DNA from: Octopus bimaculoides
Lineage: Eukaryota
Assembly: GCF_001194135.2 (NCBI RefSeq)
Contig: NC_068981.1
Span: 177,787,942 to 177,851,941 of the forward strand
Direction of reading: 5' to 3'
Length of the DNA: 64,000 nt
Part shown: positions 53,221 to 64,000 of the stretch, one piece after another
Layout of the letters: every line of letters starts with the position of its first letter
Position numbering within the stretch: the first letter of the stretch is position 1
Translations under genes and position numbers: made by a program
The notes under the pieces: generated by a model
What the model was told of the DNA's origin: nothing
The model's input: the letters and a program-made list of their open reading frames with translations, nothing else
The model's database searches: none

Positions 53221-53749
53221 CTCTATATGCTGTATGAAATCCAACAAAACGAACTCAGGATTTGCCTATTGAGTGAAGTACCATTTAACTTAGTTGTAAA
53301 GGATCCTGCATGTTCCCTTTCATTTGATGTGGTTAATCAGATTGGGATTATAGCAGAGTACCTACTTGGATTCCAAATCCCTATTCCTTTACATTTTATA
53401 TATCTATATATGCATGTATGTATATATAAAACCTTTTAGCATTCAGATTACTGAATCAAATGTGATGTTTATTTATTTACATCCTTTAAAATTAATCATG
53501 TATTATCTTGTAGCTTTGAGATTTTGAGGATGTGAATGTTTATTTTTAGATTAACACTGTAGGGTAGGCGTGAAAGGCTGGATCTGGCCAGTTTGGACAT
53601 AAAGCAGGTAGAATATTTGCGCCAGATGTGGCTGGTTTTAATACTAATGGAACATATATATATAGATATATACACTCACACACAAACACATACATATATG
53701 CATGTATAACCAATATAGGTTCAGTCTGTAGAAGAATCTATCACAATAC

Positions 53750-53990
53750 CTGTACTTGGGGACCATACTGATTGTTCATGTTCATATTCATGTTCATATT
53801 CATCTGTTGCTGCTGGTTCTGTTGCTCTTGGATAGCTACCATGCTGGCTGTGGCTGTGGCTGTAGCTGTGGCAGTGGCAGCCGCTGCCACCAGAGCAGCA
53901 GACAGCGCTGCTGGAGCAGCTGGGTATTCATTATTGCCGGACATCTGGGAAGGGTTAGAACCTGGAGTATTTGGAGTTGGAGGGTAACCA
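53750..53990 (-). CDS. ZMIZ1: ZMIZ1 exon, Ala/Thr-rich region (GYPPTPNTPGS...AAAATATATATAS...NQYGPQVQ)
   Basis: Acceptor TTTTTCAG (phase 2), donor CAG|GTATTG (phase 0). An alternative donor 6 nt upstream would end the exon at 53756. Confidence 0.92.
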
Positions 53991-54469
53991 CTGAAAAACA
54001 AAAACATATTTTAAAGCTTCACAAGAGCAAAGAAAAAAAGAAACAGAACAAAAGAAAAGAAAAAAGAAAAAGAATTCTATTATATTCCAATACAAAAGCT
54101 AATTCCACAAATGTTGACCATATTCCTTATCTAGAGAAAGCTTTAAAAGATTTTTTTTAAACTATATATATATATATATTTACAGACTCAGGAGTTTGAA
54201 AGTACTTTACGCACACAAGCACACAAAGTAATGAAACCCATGATTTTATTCTTTTATGCTCAATGATATAAGTGTTCCTAAGATTTCTGATGGTGGGAGA
54301 GATGGCTGAAAAATATTCAAGCACCACTACAGTGAAAGGAAATAGGCATTTAAACATAAAGCAATTTATTCATTTTTAGTGCTTAACAAAAACTCTAATA
54401 AATAAATGATGGCCATGATGATGATGATGATGATGATGATGACAATGATGAATTTGATGATGAAAAATA

Positions 54470-54965
54470 TTTCTTTCTACTATAGGCACAAGGCCTGAAA
54501 TTAGGGAGAAGAGTGGGGTAAGTCAACCCCAGAACACAATCGGTACTTATTTCATCAACCCTGAAGGGATGAAAGATGAACTTGAAATGTTAAGAGCAGA
54601 ACAAATATTGCAAAGTATTTTTTTCCAATGGTCTAATGATTCCACCAGCAATTTTAGGGGAGGGGGAGTCAATTACATTGACCCCAGTTTTCAACTAGTA
54701 TTTATTTTGGCAACCCCAAAAGGATGAAAAGCAAAGTCAACTTCAGTGGGATTTGAACTTAGAGCATAAAGTGCCAAAAGAAATGCCACTCAGTATCTTG
54801 ACCAATGTACCAATGATTCTGCATTAATAATGATAATAACAATCTTTTCAAGTCTAGGCACAAGGCCTGCAATTTTAGGGGTGGGGGTTAGTCGATTACA
54901 TCAACCCCAGTGCTCCACTGGTACTTATTTTATCAATGAAAGGCAAAGTCAACCACAGCGGAATA
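54470..54965 (-). mobile_element. Cluster of SINE family C units
   Basis: Reverse complement of the family C unit, about 3 partial copies. Confidence 0.7.
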
Positions 54966-54970
54966 ACGAC

Positions 54971-55009
<39 letters not shown>

Positions 55010-56217
55010 AATAATAATAATAATATGATGATGGAAGTGCAAGAATTCTTTGCAGGATTCTTGAAGCATGACCAGTAAAACAAAGCCTGCTGGCTGTGGA
55101 CAGCTGACACTTTTCATCATACCCAGCAATATAAGCTGTGAGATTTAATACAATAATAATAATAATAATAATAATAATATCCTACAGTATGATGAAATAT
55201 AAACCTAACAATCAAAAGCATAAATAATATTTCATCACATATATTCATCATCAATCTTTTGAAAGATAAAAATGCACTTTATGTTTCAAGACTAAAAGCT
55301 TGTCTAAACAACAAGGCAAGCAATACTGAAACAAATCATTAAATATACTTTAANNNNNNNNNNNNNNNNNNNNNNNNNNNNNNNNNNNNNNNNNNNNNNN
55401 NNNNNNNNNNNNNNNATATATATATATATATATATATAGCTCTGCATTTGAATACATAGTTCAGACTAGACTAAAAACCTAATCCTATGAGAAAACATTT
55501 CAAAGTTCAACACTTCTTAGGATTTATTACAGAGTTAAAAAAAACAATATATTTAGCATAAAATAAATAGTTCACAAATATAAGCTAATTGGAAATGTAA
55601 AGAATTCAATGATTTGATGTTAGTGCCTTGAAAGTTTTGTCTACAAAAGTCATTTCTATTCTACAATTAAACACTACTTACAACTTCATTAAAAAAGCAC
55701 ATTCTCTTCATTTTATGCATTGGAAATTAGAAATTAAACGAAAGCAGCCTATTCATAACGTACTGCATTTTAAAATAATTTTCAAACACACACACATTAC
55801 ATATCTGCAAATACAACTGGGAAATATTAACTAACATTATACCTGACACAGTAATTTAAACCATCAATTATATATGATAAAATCAATTTTTTTATAAGAG
55901 ACTCAAGTTTTTAATACTTATACCACACACACACACAGATATATGTATACACATACATACACATATGTTGATTCACTTTTTCAAGAGTGATTTAAACATG
56001 TTTAAAAAGTTTTCAGACTAAAATTTAACAAATTTTTCAAATGTTGCTAAATTCAAGATAATATGATTTCAATGAATTTTTATATTTTAAATTAGTCTGC
56101 AGGCAATAATTTACAATGAATAAATAAACAAATTTACAGTTAGTAGACATTTCATGCTTTTCAGTTTTGCTAACTTCCTTATGATAAACAGAAAATACTA
56201 AAAACACATCATGCACA

Positions 56218-56248
<31 letters not shown>

Positions 56249-57911
56249 AAGAGGGAAAAAAGATAGAGCGAGAGAGAAAGAGGGAAAAAATAGAGAGAGA
56301 GAGTGGGGGAGGGAAAGCTGATTAAATCAAGAAAATGTAACACTGGAATTATTTAAGTGGGTGGATATGATCTAGTAAGATGGATTGAGTTTTCCTGGTT
56401 TGGAAGACCCCACCCTAAAAATGATCTAAAAATATTTAGAGGTATCAAATGTGATAAATGGTAAAGGGATACTTCAGTTGTAGTGTTAGTGGATGCATAT
56501 GGCTCTAAACTTGTGTTTGGAATGAAATTCTACTGCATTTAGTGACATAAGCAAGGACAAACTACATTTATAATCTAAATAGAAAATATTGCTATCACCA
56601 TGACTTGTTTGAACAAAAGTGGTCATTGAGTCACAAAACGTGTCCCGGTTATATACACACTTGGGTATGAAAACGTCACCACACCCATTGTGTATGTAGA
56701 AGTGACCTACTTTTTTTTCTAAAATACTATTGATTTGGAATGGGACCAAATGTAATCATGCAGAACAATCCAATCTGCACTAGTACAGAAGGTTAGTTTA
56801 TTCAAAATGATAGACATGATGAGTGGGCTGAAATTGAACAAAAACACCCTTAATCTAAATGGGTTTCATCAAATCATTTAATCTATAAATAATGAAATAT
56901 AAAGGTCAACGAAATGTAGCATTCTACCTGAGGAAGTTTCCTGGATATTTTTGCCACAGTAACATAAAGTTTTTTAATTATTTGGTTTTCTATGTTAGTA
57001 ATATTTGGTTTTCTATGTTAGTAATAGTGAAGAAAAGCTAAAATGTGAAAATAAGAAGCAATTTAATAATTTTATTTTATCCCAAATAAAGTATAAAATC
57101 ATGGGTCAGTAATGTATTGTATTTAGCAGGATGGTGGGAATTTAATGTGTAGAATACTAAGCCCAACAAACACAAATACATAGCATCAGATTTCTTATAA
57201 ATCATCAACTGCTGCATAAGTAAAATGCAAGCAGGAAATGTGATGTTAGCTAATTTCCTGACAAATAGACAACTTTACAATAATTCCTGCAGCAGAATTC
57301 ATGTCTTGTTACATACACAGTTTGGAATGATTTTAGATCTCAGAGTGAGAGGTTAACACTCTTTCATAATTGAAGGAGGGGGAAAAAAAAAAAAAAAAGC
57401 ATGTTTGTCATGTTAACAGAAATGATCATGACACCATGTAAATGAGAATTTACAACACTAACAACTTAAAGTTTTAGGAACATGAAAACCATTGGAAATT
57501 TAAATACTGATTTAATCACATACCATTACAGTATATTTACTTAGAGCATGAATTTGAATATTAGTTATGTGTATATAGTCATTTTCCTAATTTAAATAAG
57601 CTACATATTTAAGTTGGTAATTATTTAAAATGAAGGATGCTAACAATGTCATATATATAGAGAGAGAGAGATTTAACATATACTAGTTGTAAATAACTAT
57701 AACAGGTGCATTATAAGTGTGTGTTAGTAATAATAAAACAATTAAAACAAAACATGGAAAATTAATATAAAGTCCAATAGATGAGAACTAGTGAAAGTAT
57801 ACAAAATTAACTGTTTGACTAGAAATTGAATAAATGCAAGAAAACATATTTTGCAACTATCACAATGTTCTCAAATATTGGAAGAGATAACATCTAGGCA
57901 CTATTACTCAC

Positions 57912-58010
57912 GCAACAGATAGGGCTGACGGTGAAGGGGCAGGGTAGTCATGATTACCCGGCAGAGGGAGTGGGGTCGACCCCGGGGTATTCGGTGTGGG
58001 TGGATAACCA
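57912..58010 (-). CDS. ZMIZ1: ZMIZ1 99-nt phase 2-2 exon (GYPPTPNTPGSTPLPLPGNHDYPAPSPSALSVA), paralogous to the next exon
   Basis: Acceptor TTCGTTTTAG and donor GC|GTGAGT; open frame; GC/CpG-rich island in AT-rich intron; 11/11 aa identity with the start of exon 53750-53990. Confidence 0.85.
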
Positions 58011-59379
58011 CTAAAACGAAAAATAAATAAGACAAAAGCAAATTAGGATTTCCCAAACAAAGTAATGTCAATTAATATTGAGAACTGGTAAAGAAAAAAA
58101 AAAAAGTCAATTAGCAACTAAAATCACAAGCATTGGAGTTATAAGTAGAAAACTGCTTTAAAAATTAACACATCTGATATCCCCCAATAGAGTTTAGGAT
58201 CTTCATAAAATCAATTCATTTTTTTTTTTTTAAATTAAGCTATGGATTAAAAATCACTTTGATTTTTGTGTATAAAGTTTTAAATTGATATGTTGAAAAA
58301 CTATTTTAGAATTAAAATTTAACAGATCAAACTACTTTAACAGTTTTAAATCACTAATTCTAAAACTTAGTGGTAGTCAGGAATGTTTACATTATCTTAA
58401 ATTATGAATTAATACATTCCATATATCTATCATTGCAGTTGATCCAATAGTAACAAGCTACTGAACCAGTTGAAGTAATTATAATACCCTACTATGGGAA
58501 TGAGTACTTTTTGTGTCATTCATTAGAATATATATATATAGAATTCTAACTAGGGCAAAACCAAAAATGTTAAGCTCAACTATTCGCAACTAACATAAGT
58601 ATCTTTATGAGAGAACATTGAATGAAGTACAATAAATAATAAATGAAAATTAAAATTTCATGAATAAACAGGATTAATATAAATTACACAAAATGAAATT
58701 GATTTAATTAATACATCAGTATTTAAAGAAACTTCACAAATGCAATGTAATCATCCCCCATACACACTACACACATTCACACACAAAGAAGCAGTTATCT
58801 TATATATAAGAAGTACAAATACAATTAAAAAACACAAACATTATTATAAAAAAAAAAAGCAATTTCCTGAATATTGGGAAAAAAAGTACATAACATTTAA
58901 TGAATGGTTGTTAAATAGGACTATGTGAAATTTTCCAGTTGGCCTAAAAATTAGGTTTTTCTTTTGCAATTATAATAATTTAGTAACAATCATATATGAG
59001 AGAACTGCCATCAATGAAATCTGATTTCACAATGTAATAAACAACAACAATGAAGCAATGCATATAATTTATGAAACAAATTCAATTTTGATTGTTAATC
59101 ATCTAGGTAACAAATTGTGTCTTTTGTTCTTCAATGAGTGTGTATTTATGTGTATGTATGCATATGTGTCCCTGAAGAAAACAGGTTAGTAGGGTTTATC
59201 TGTCTCATTGTTAAAATGTTTTGACCTTTCCCATGAAAGACTTGCTAAAAATACATAAATACTTGTTTTCAAAAGGTTTAATTCTGTCTGAAAAGAGAGT
59301 TTGTTCTTTACAAATCATTCACTATTCATTAAAAAGTACTTTTTATATATATATTGCAGTTGTTGTCTTACCAACATCA

Positions 59380-59510
59380 ACTTTGCTTTTAATCTTTTCA
59401 GGACTGTTGAAACGAAGTACCAGTTAAGTATGACACCCACCGCCACCCAACTAATATTGACTAATCTCCTCCCACGGAATTTCAGACCTTGTGCCTATAA
59501 TGGAAACATC

Positions 59511-59546
<36 letters not shown>

Positions 59547-60720
59547 GGTGGTAAGCTGGCAGAATTGTTAGCACACTGAATGAAATGCTTAGGAGTATTT
59601 CGCGCAGCATTACATTCTGAGTTCAATTTCTTCAAAGGCGGCGAGCTGGCAGAAACGTTAGCACGCCGAGCAAAATGCTTAGAGGTATTTTGTCTGCCGT
59701 TACGTTCTGAGTTCAAATTCCGCCGAGGTCGACTTTGCCTTTCATCCTTTCGGGGTCGATAAATTAAGTACCAATTACGCACTGGGGTCGATGTAATAGA
59801 CTTAATCCGTTTGTTGGTCCTTGTCTGTCCCCTCTACGTTTAGCCCCTTGTGGGCAATAAAGAAATAAGAAAGGATTATTGTTATTATTATTTTGGCAGA
59901 ATCATTAGCACATTGCAAAAAAATGCTTTGCGATACTTATGTTCTGGCCCTTTGCATTCCAAGTTCAAATCCTATCAGGGTTGATAAAAAGATAGCAGCC
60001 AAGTACTGGAATTGATGGTTAGAACCAACCAGCTTCTCAAAATTTCTGGCTTTGTGCCTAAGCTAGAGACAACAACAACTACCATAACTAATATTTTGGT
60101 AGAAAAGACTTAATGGTATTTTGTTCTGGTTCTTTGCAGTCTGAGTTTAAATTCTACCAACATCCAGTTTGGCTTTCATCCTCTTGGAGCTGATAAAACA
60201 AAGTACCAATCAAGTACTGGGTTGATGGTATCAACTAATCCTCTCCTTCAAATCTCAGGCCTTGTGTCTATATTAGAAACAATTCTTCTTCCTGCGGGTG
60301 ACACGTAAAAGCACCCACTACACTCTCTGAGTGGTTGGCGTTAGGAAGGGCATCCAGCTGTAGAAACTCTGCCAAATTAGATTGGAGCCTGGTGTTGCCA
60401 TCTGGTTTCACCAGTCCTCAGTCAAATCGTCCAACCCATGCTAGCATGGAAAGCGGACGTTAAACGATGATGATGATGATTATTATTATTATTATTATTT
60501 TTATTATAATAATTACTATAATAGGAAGGCATCAAACTGGCAGAACTGTTAGCATACTGGAGAAAATGCTTAGCTGCATTTCACCTGTCTTTACATTCTG
60601 AGTTCAAATTCTGCCATGGTTGATTTTACCTTTCATCCTTTTGGGGTCCATAAAAATAAGTGCCAGTTGATCACTGGCATCAATGCAGTTGACTAGTTCC
60701 CTCCCCCTATAATTATTACA
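59380..60720 (+). mobile_element. Cluster of SINE family C units including a CpG-intact young copy (about 59636-59870)
   Basis: GGCGGCGAGCTGGCAGAAACGTTAGCACGCCG...GAGTTCAAATTCCGCCGAGGTCGAC. Confidence 0.85.
60302..60480 (+). mobile_element. RTE 3' end inserted in the SINE cluster
   Basis: About 94% identical to the reverse complement of 52204-52379. Confidence 0.88.
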
Positions 60721-61461
60721 ATAAAAACAATTTCTTATTTTAGATTTAAGTAAACTAAGATGTTAAAATGTTTTACGTTAGCCACCTGAGCAAGTGTGGG
60801 AGTATTTCTGCCATGTTAGACTGAGCTGAGTAATTTTTGCAAATTCCTTAATTGGCATAAATTTTAGGGTTGAATTGCATTAGTCACACGTCCTCCATTA
60901 CGTTATCAATACAGCATTCAAATTGTAGTCTTTGTAGCACAAGTGTTTCCTGACAAGTATACTGACACAAATAGTATAATGTCCTTCTTAAGAGAAACCT
61001 CTATTAGCACAATGAAAATAAGTCTATCAAATAATTTTTTCAAATAACATTAAAAAACCTTTCTGTGTGTGTGTGCTTGTGTGTGTATACATACATACAC
61101 ACACACACACATTGACTCATATACGTGCAATATACTTGTATATACATCTTCACATATATGTGTGTGTGTGTGTGCGTGCGAACATACATACACACACAAT
61201 CATTAATAAATACAGCTGAATAGGAATGTTATGAAATAATATAGTTTACACAGAGACAGAATAAGGAAAAAACTGTCACCATGAGGCACAGGTGTTCATA
61301 AAGCTTAGTTCTTCTGCGTGCTGCAGTGAAAATGTGTTCTTTCTCGCTTCTAATAATATACACTTATCGCCCCCCCCCCACTCTATTATGCAAGCATAAC
61401 AGATTAATTTTGATTACAAGCTGAATCCTCAACTCATTCAAAATAATGATAATAAAATATT

Positions 61462-62345
61462 NNNNNNNNNNNNNNNNNNNNNNNNNNNNNNNNNNNNNNN
61501 NNNNNNNNNNNNNNNNNNNNNNNNNNNNNNNNNNNNNNNNNNNNNNNNNNNNNNNNNNNNNNNNNNNNNNNNNNNNNNNNNNNNNNNNNNNNNNNNNNNN
61601 NNNNNNNNNNNNNNNNNNNNNNNNNNNNNNNNNNNNNNNNNNNNNNNNNNNNNNNNNNNNNNNNNNNNNNNNNNNNNNNNNNNNNNNNNNNNNNNNNNNN
61701 NNNNNNNNNNNNNNNNNNNNNNNNNNNNNNNNNNNNNNNNNNNNNNNNNNNNNNNNNNNNNNNNNNNNNNNNNNNNNNNNNNNNNNNNNNNNNNNNNNNN
61801 NNNNNNNNNNNNNNNNNNNNNNNNNNNNNNNNNNNNNNNNNNNNNNNNNNNNNNNNNNNNNNNNNNNNNNNNNNNNNNNNNNNNNNNNNNNNNNNNNNNN
61901 NNNNNNNNNNNNNNNNNNNNNNNNNNNNNNNNNNNNNNNNNNNNNNNNNNNNNNNNNNNNNNNNNNNNNNNNNNNNNNNNNNNNNNNNNNNNNNNNNNNN
62001 NNNNNNNNNNNNNNNNNNNNNNNNNNNNNNNNNNNNNNNNNNNNNNNNNNNNNNNNNNNNNNNNNNNNNNNNNNNNNNNNNNNNNNNNNNNNNNNNNNNN
62101 NNNNNNNNNNNNNNNNNNNNNNNNNNNNNNNNNNNNNNNNNNNNNNNNNNNNNNNNNNNNNNNNNNNNNNNNNNNNNNNNNNNNNNNNNNNNNNNNNNNN
62201 NNNNNNNNNNNNNNNNNNNNNNNNNNNNNNNNNNNNNNNNNNNNNNNNNNNNNNNNNNNNNNNNNNNNNNNNNNNNNNNNNNNNNNNNNNNNNNNNNNNN
62301 NNNNNNNNNNNNNNNNNNNNNNNNNNNNNNNNNNNNNNNNNNNNN
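61462..62345. other. Assembly gap (could hide an upstream ZMIZ1 exon)
   Basis: Run of N. Confidence 1.
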
Positions 62346-64000
62346 TTTTTTTTTTTTTTTTTTGGTTATCTATCCGATATAGTTTTTCAGAAGGATTATA
62401 ATGTGCATAGACTACAAAGAGACATTTAGTGTAACATAAAAGCAAATCACTTCCGTGTGCATAACTATACACGGCAGTCATTCAAACCAACATGGAGAAA
62501 GTCTGGGTTGAAATACAGTGAGTAGTCAGAATTTGATTGAAGTGTACATATGATGTTGATGCATGTAAGAATAAGGATTTTTAACACGGTCTTAGTAATA
62601 ACTTGTTGGGAAAAGACAATCCAGTGAAGGAACAGGATGAAATGATTTTGACTGAAAATAGGTGTGGGACTAAAATTACATATAAGTTCTCCTTTCTTTA
62701 GTACATTCATGTTGGTGTCCAACCAGATAAAAGCAAAGTTGACTTTGGCAAGGTTTGAACTCAAAGCCATCTTTTTCATTCTCTCTCCCTGATGCTTGAA
62801 TATATAACACCAACTGCACATGCACCCTAAAAAATTACCTCATTCTTTTGTAGCTTTCAGTCACTGGACTGGGTCATGCTAGAGCATTGCTTTCCCAGAG
62901 TTTTTAATCAATCACTTCGTTCCTTAGTACTTATCTCAGTCTGGTACTTGAGTAACTGGACAAGTTACCACATTTTATGAAAAAGGATTTAACTCAACAC
63001 ACTGTTTTACATTTACACACACACACATACAGCTTTCATATAGTTTACATCTAGCAAGATTCACTTACAAGACATTTTTGACTGACTTGCAAACCATTCT
63101 GTTTAGATCTTGGTTAATTAGCTGCCTTATTATTTCTTACTACTTTTATTTTTTCTAGGTCTGGTATTAAACAATATACACAATCCTTTCTCCTTAAAGT
63201 TGTATTATTATTCTACAGTTCTTTCTGGCTGAAATGCTTGTAGCAACTCATCAATACTTCAGATGGAATTCTACATGCAAAGTCTCAACAAACTTATCTA
63301 CCAGTCATCACTTTTCTGTCTGAATCAAAAAATATAGGCAGATATTGATTATTAAAGCAAAATAACTGCTTTCATCATATCTCTCAGTTTTTTATTTTAA
63401 TAAAAGCAAAAAAAGAAAATGCAATGTTCCATTCTTTAACCATAAAACTCTGATCTTATGAAATTACTTACTTCCAATTAAGTAAAGAAACATTGCTTAT
63501 GATGCAGCAGTAGCTTTTAGAGGAATGAATATTTGAGGACACTGGCTTGTTCTACTTCACAGGATTGAATACATAAAAAGAGTAAACAAGTGCTTGAATC
63601 AAGTTATTAACTATTGCTTTTTATAGATGTTCAGACGCTCCTCTTATCTATTTTGCTAAGTTTTCTGAAACATGTAGAAAGCAACTGCATTCCTTTGGAG
63701 CAGACCATTCATAGCATATTAATTACAATTTAAGGAAGAGCATTTTTCTTCTTTTTTTTCTTTCTCTTTGTTTTGTCTAAACAGAAGACATTAATTACAA
63801 TATATAAAATAAAAACTGCCAAGAAACCATCACAACACTTAACTCACAGTCTCTTACTTTCATTGGTGTATCTGATAGTCCTTCTGTAAATCTTTGCTAG
63901 AAACAACCTATGACCAGGCTTTAGATAAGCAAAGGACATGATCCTACACATATACATGCATTGTGCATGTGTAGACATGCATTAAGAGCAACACACATTT

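Noticed and set aside
53430-53655. piggyBac-like MITE
   Set aside because: Ends only loosely resemble CCCTTTAGCATT and no TTAA duplication is intact.
56707-56722. AG-A8-GTAGGT microexon candidate on the minus strand
   Set aside because: 8 nt would break the frame and the sequence is low complexity.
56979-57026. 23-bp tandem duplication
   Set aside because: Ordinary slippage event with no further structure.
61280-61320. 41-nt candidate upstream ZMIZ1 exon (HAEELSFMNTCAS)
   Set aside because: Weak donor (GTGACA) and no resemblance to the ZMIZ N-terminal sequence.

Overview
AT-rich, microsatellite-rich eukaryotic draft sequence with N-gaps. The repeat families suggest an octopod cephalopod (inference). 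One protein-coding gene is supported: a ZMIZ1/Zimp10/tonalli-type SP-RING (MIZ zinc finger) co-activator on the minus strand. I reconstructed 14 coding exons by hand (58010 down to the stop at 35049), all with GT-AG boundaries and consistent phases, about 890 aa in the window; the N-terminal exons lie outside the window or in a gap. Positions 1-28000 are intergenic and consist of SINEs, RTE-clade LINE fragments, mariner relics, a Penelope-like GIY-YIG fragment and simple repeats. Two observations stand out. (1) A small element at 22277-22660 has a tRNA-like Pol III head followed by a minimal hammerhead-ribozyme motif, with a second inverted hammerhead arm upstream, i.e. a candidate ribozyme-bearing SINE of Penelope type. 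(2) A 99-nt exon at 57912-58010, absent from the ORF track, is an old tandem duplicate of the next ZMIZ1 exon: the first 11 aa are identical while 9 of 11 codons differ only at silent positions. The exon pair is bracketed by ~94%-identical inverted LINE ends. Repeat coordinates are approximate; exon coordinates were counted base by base.
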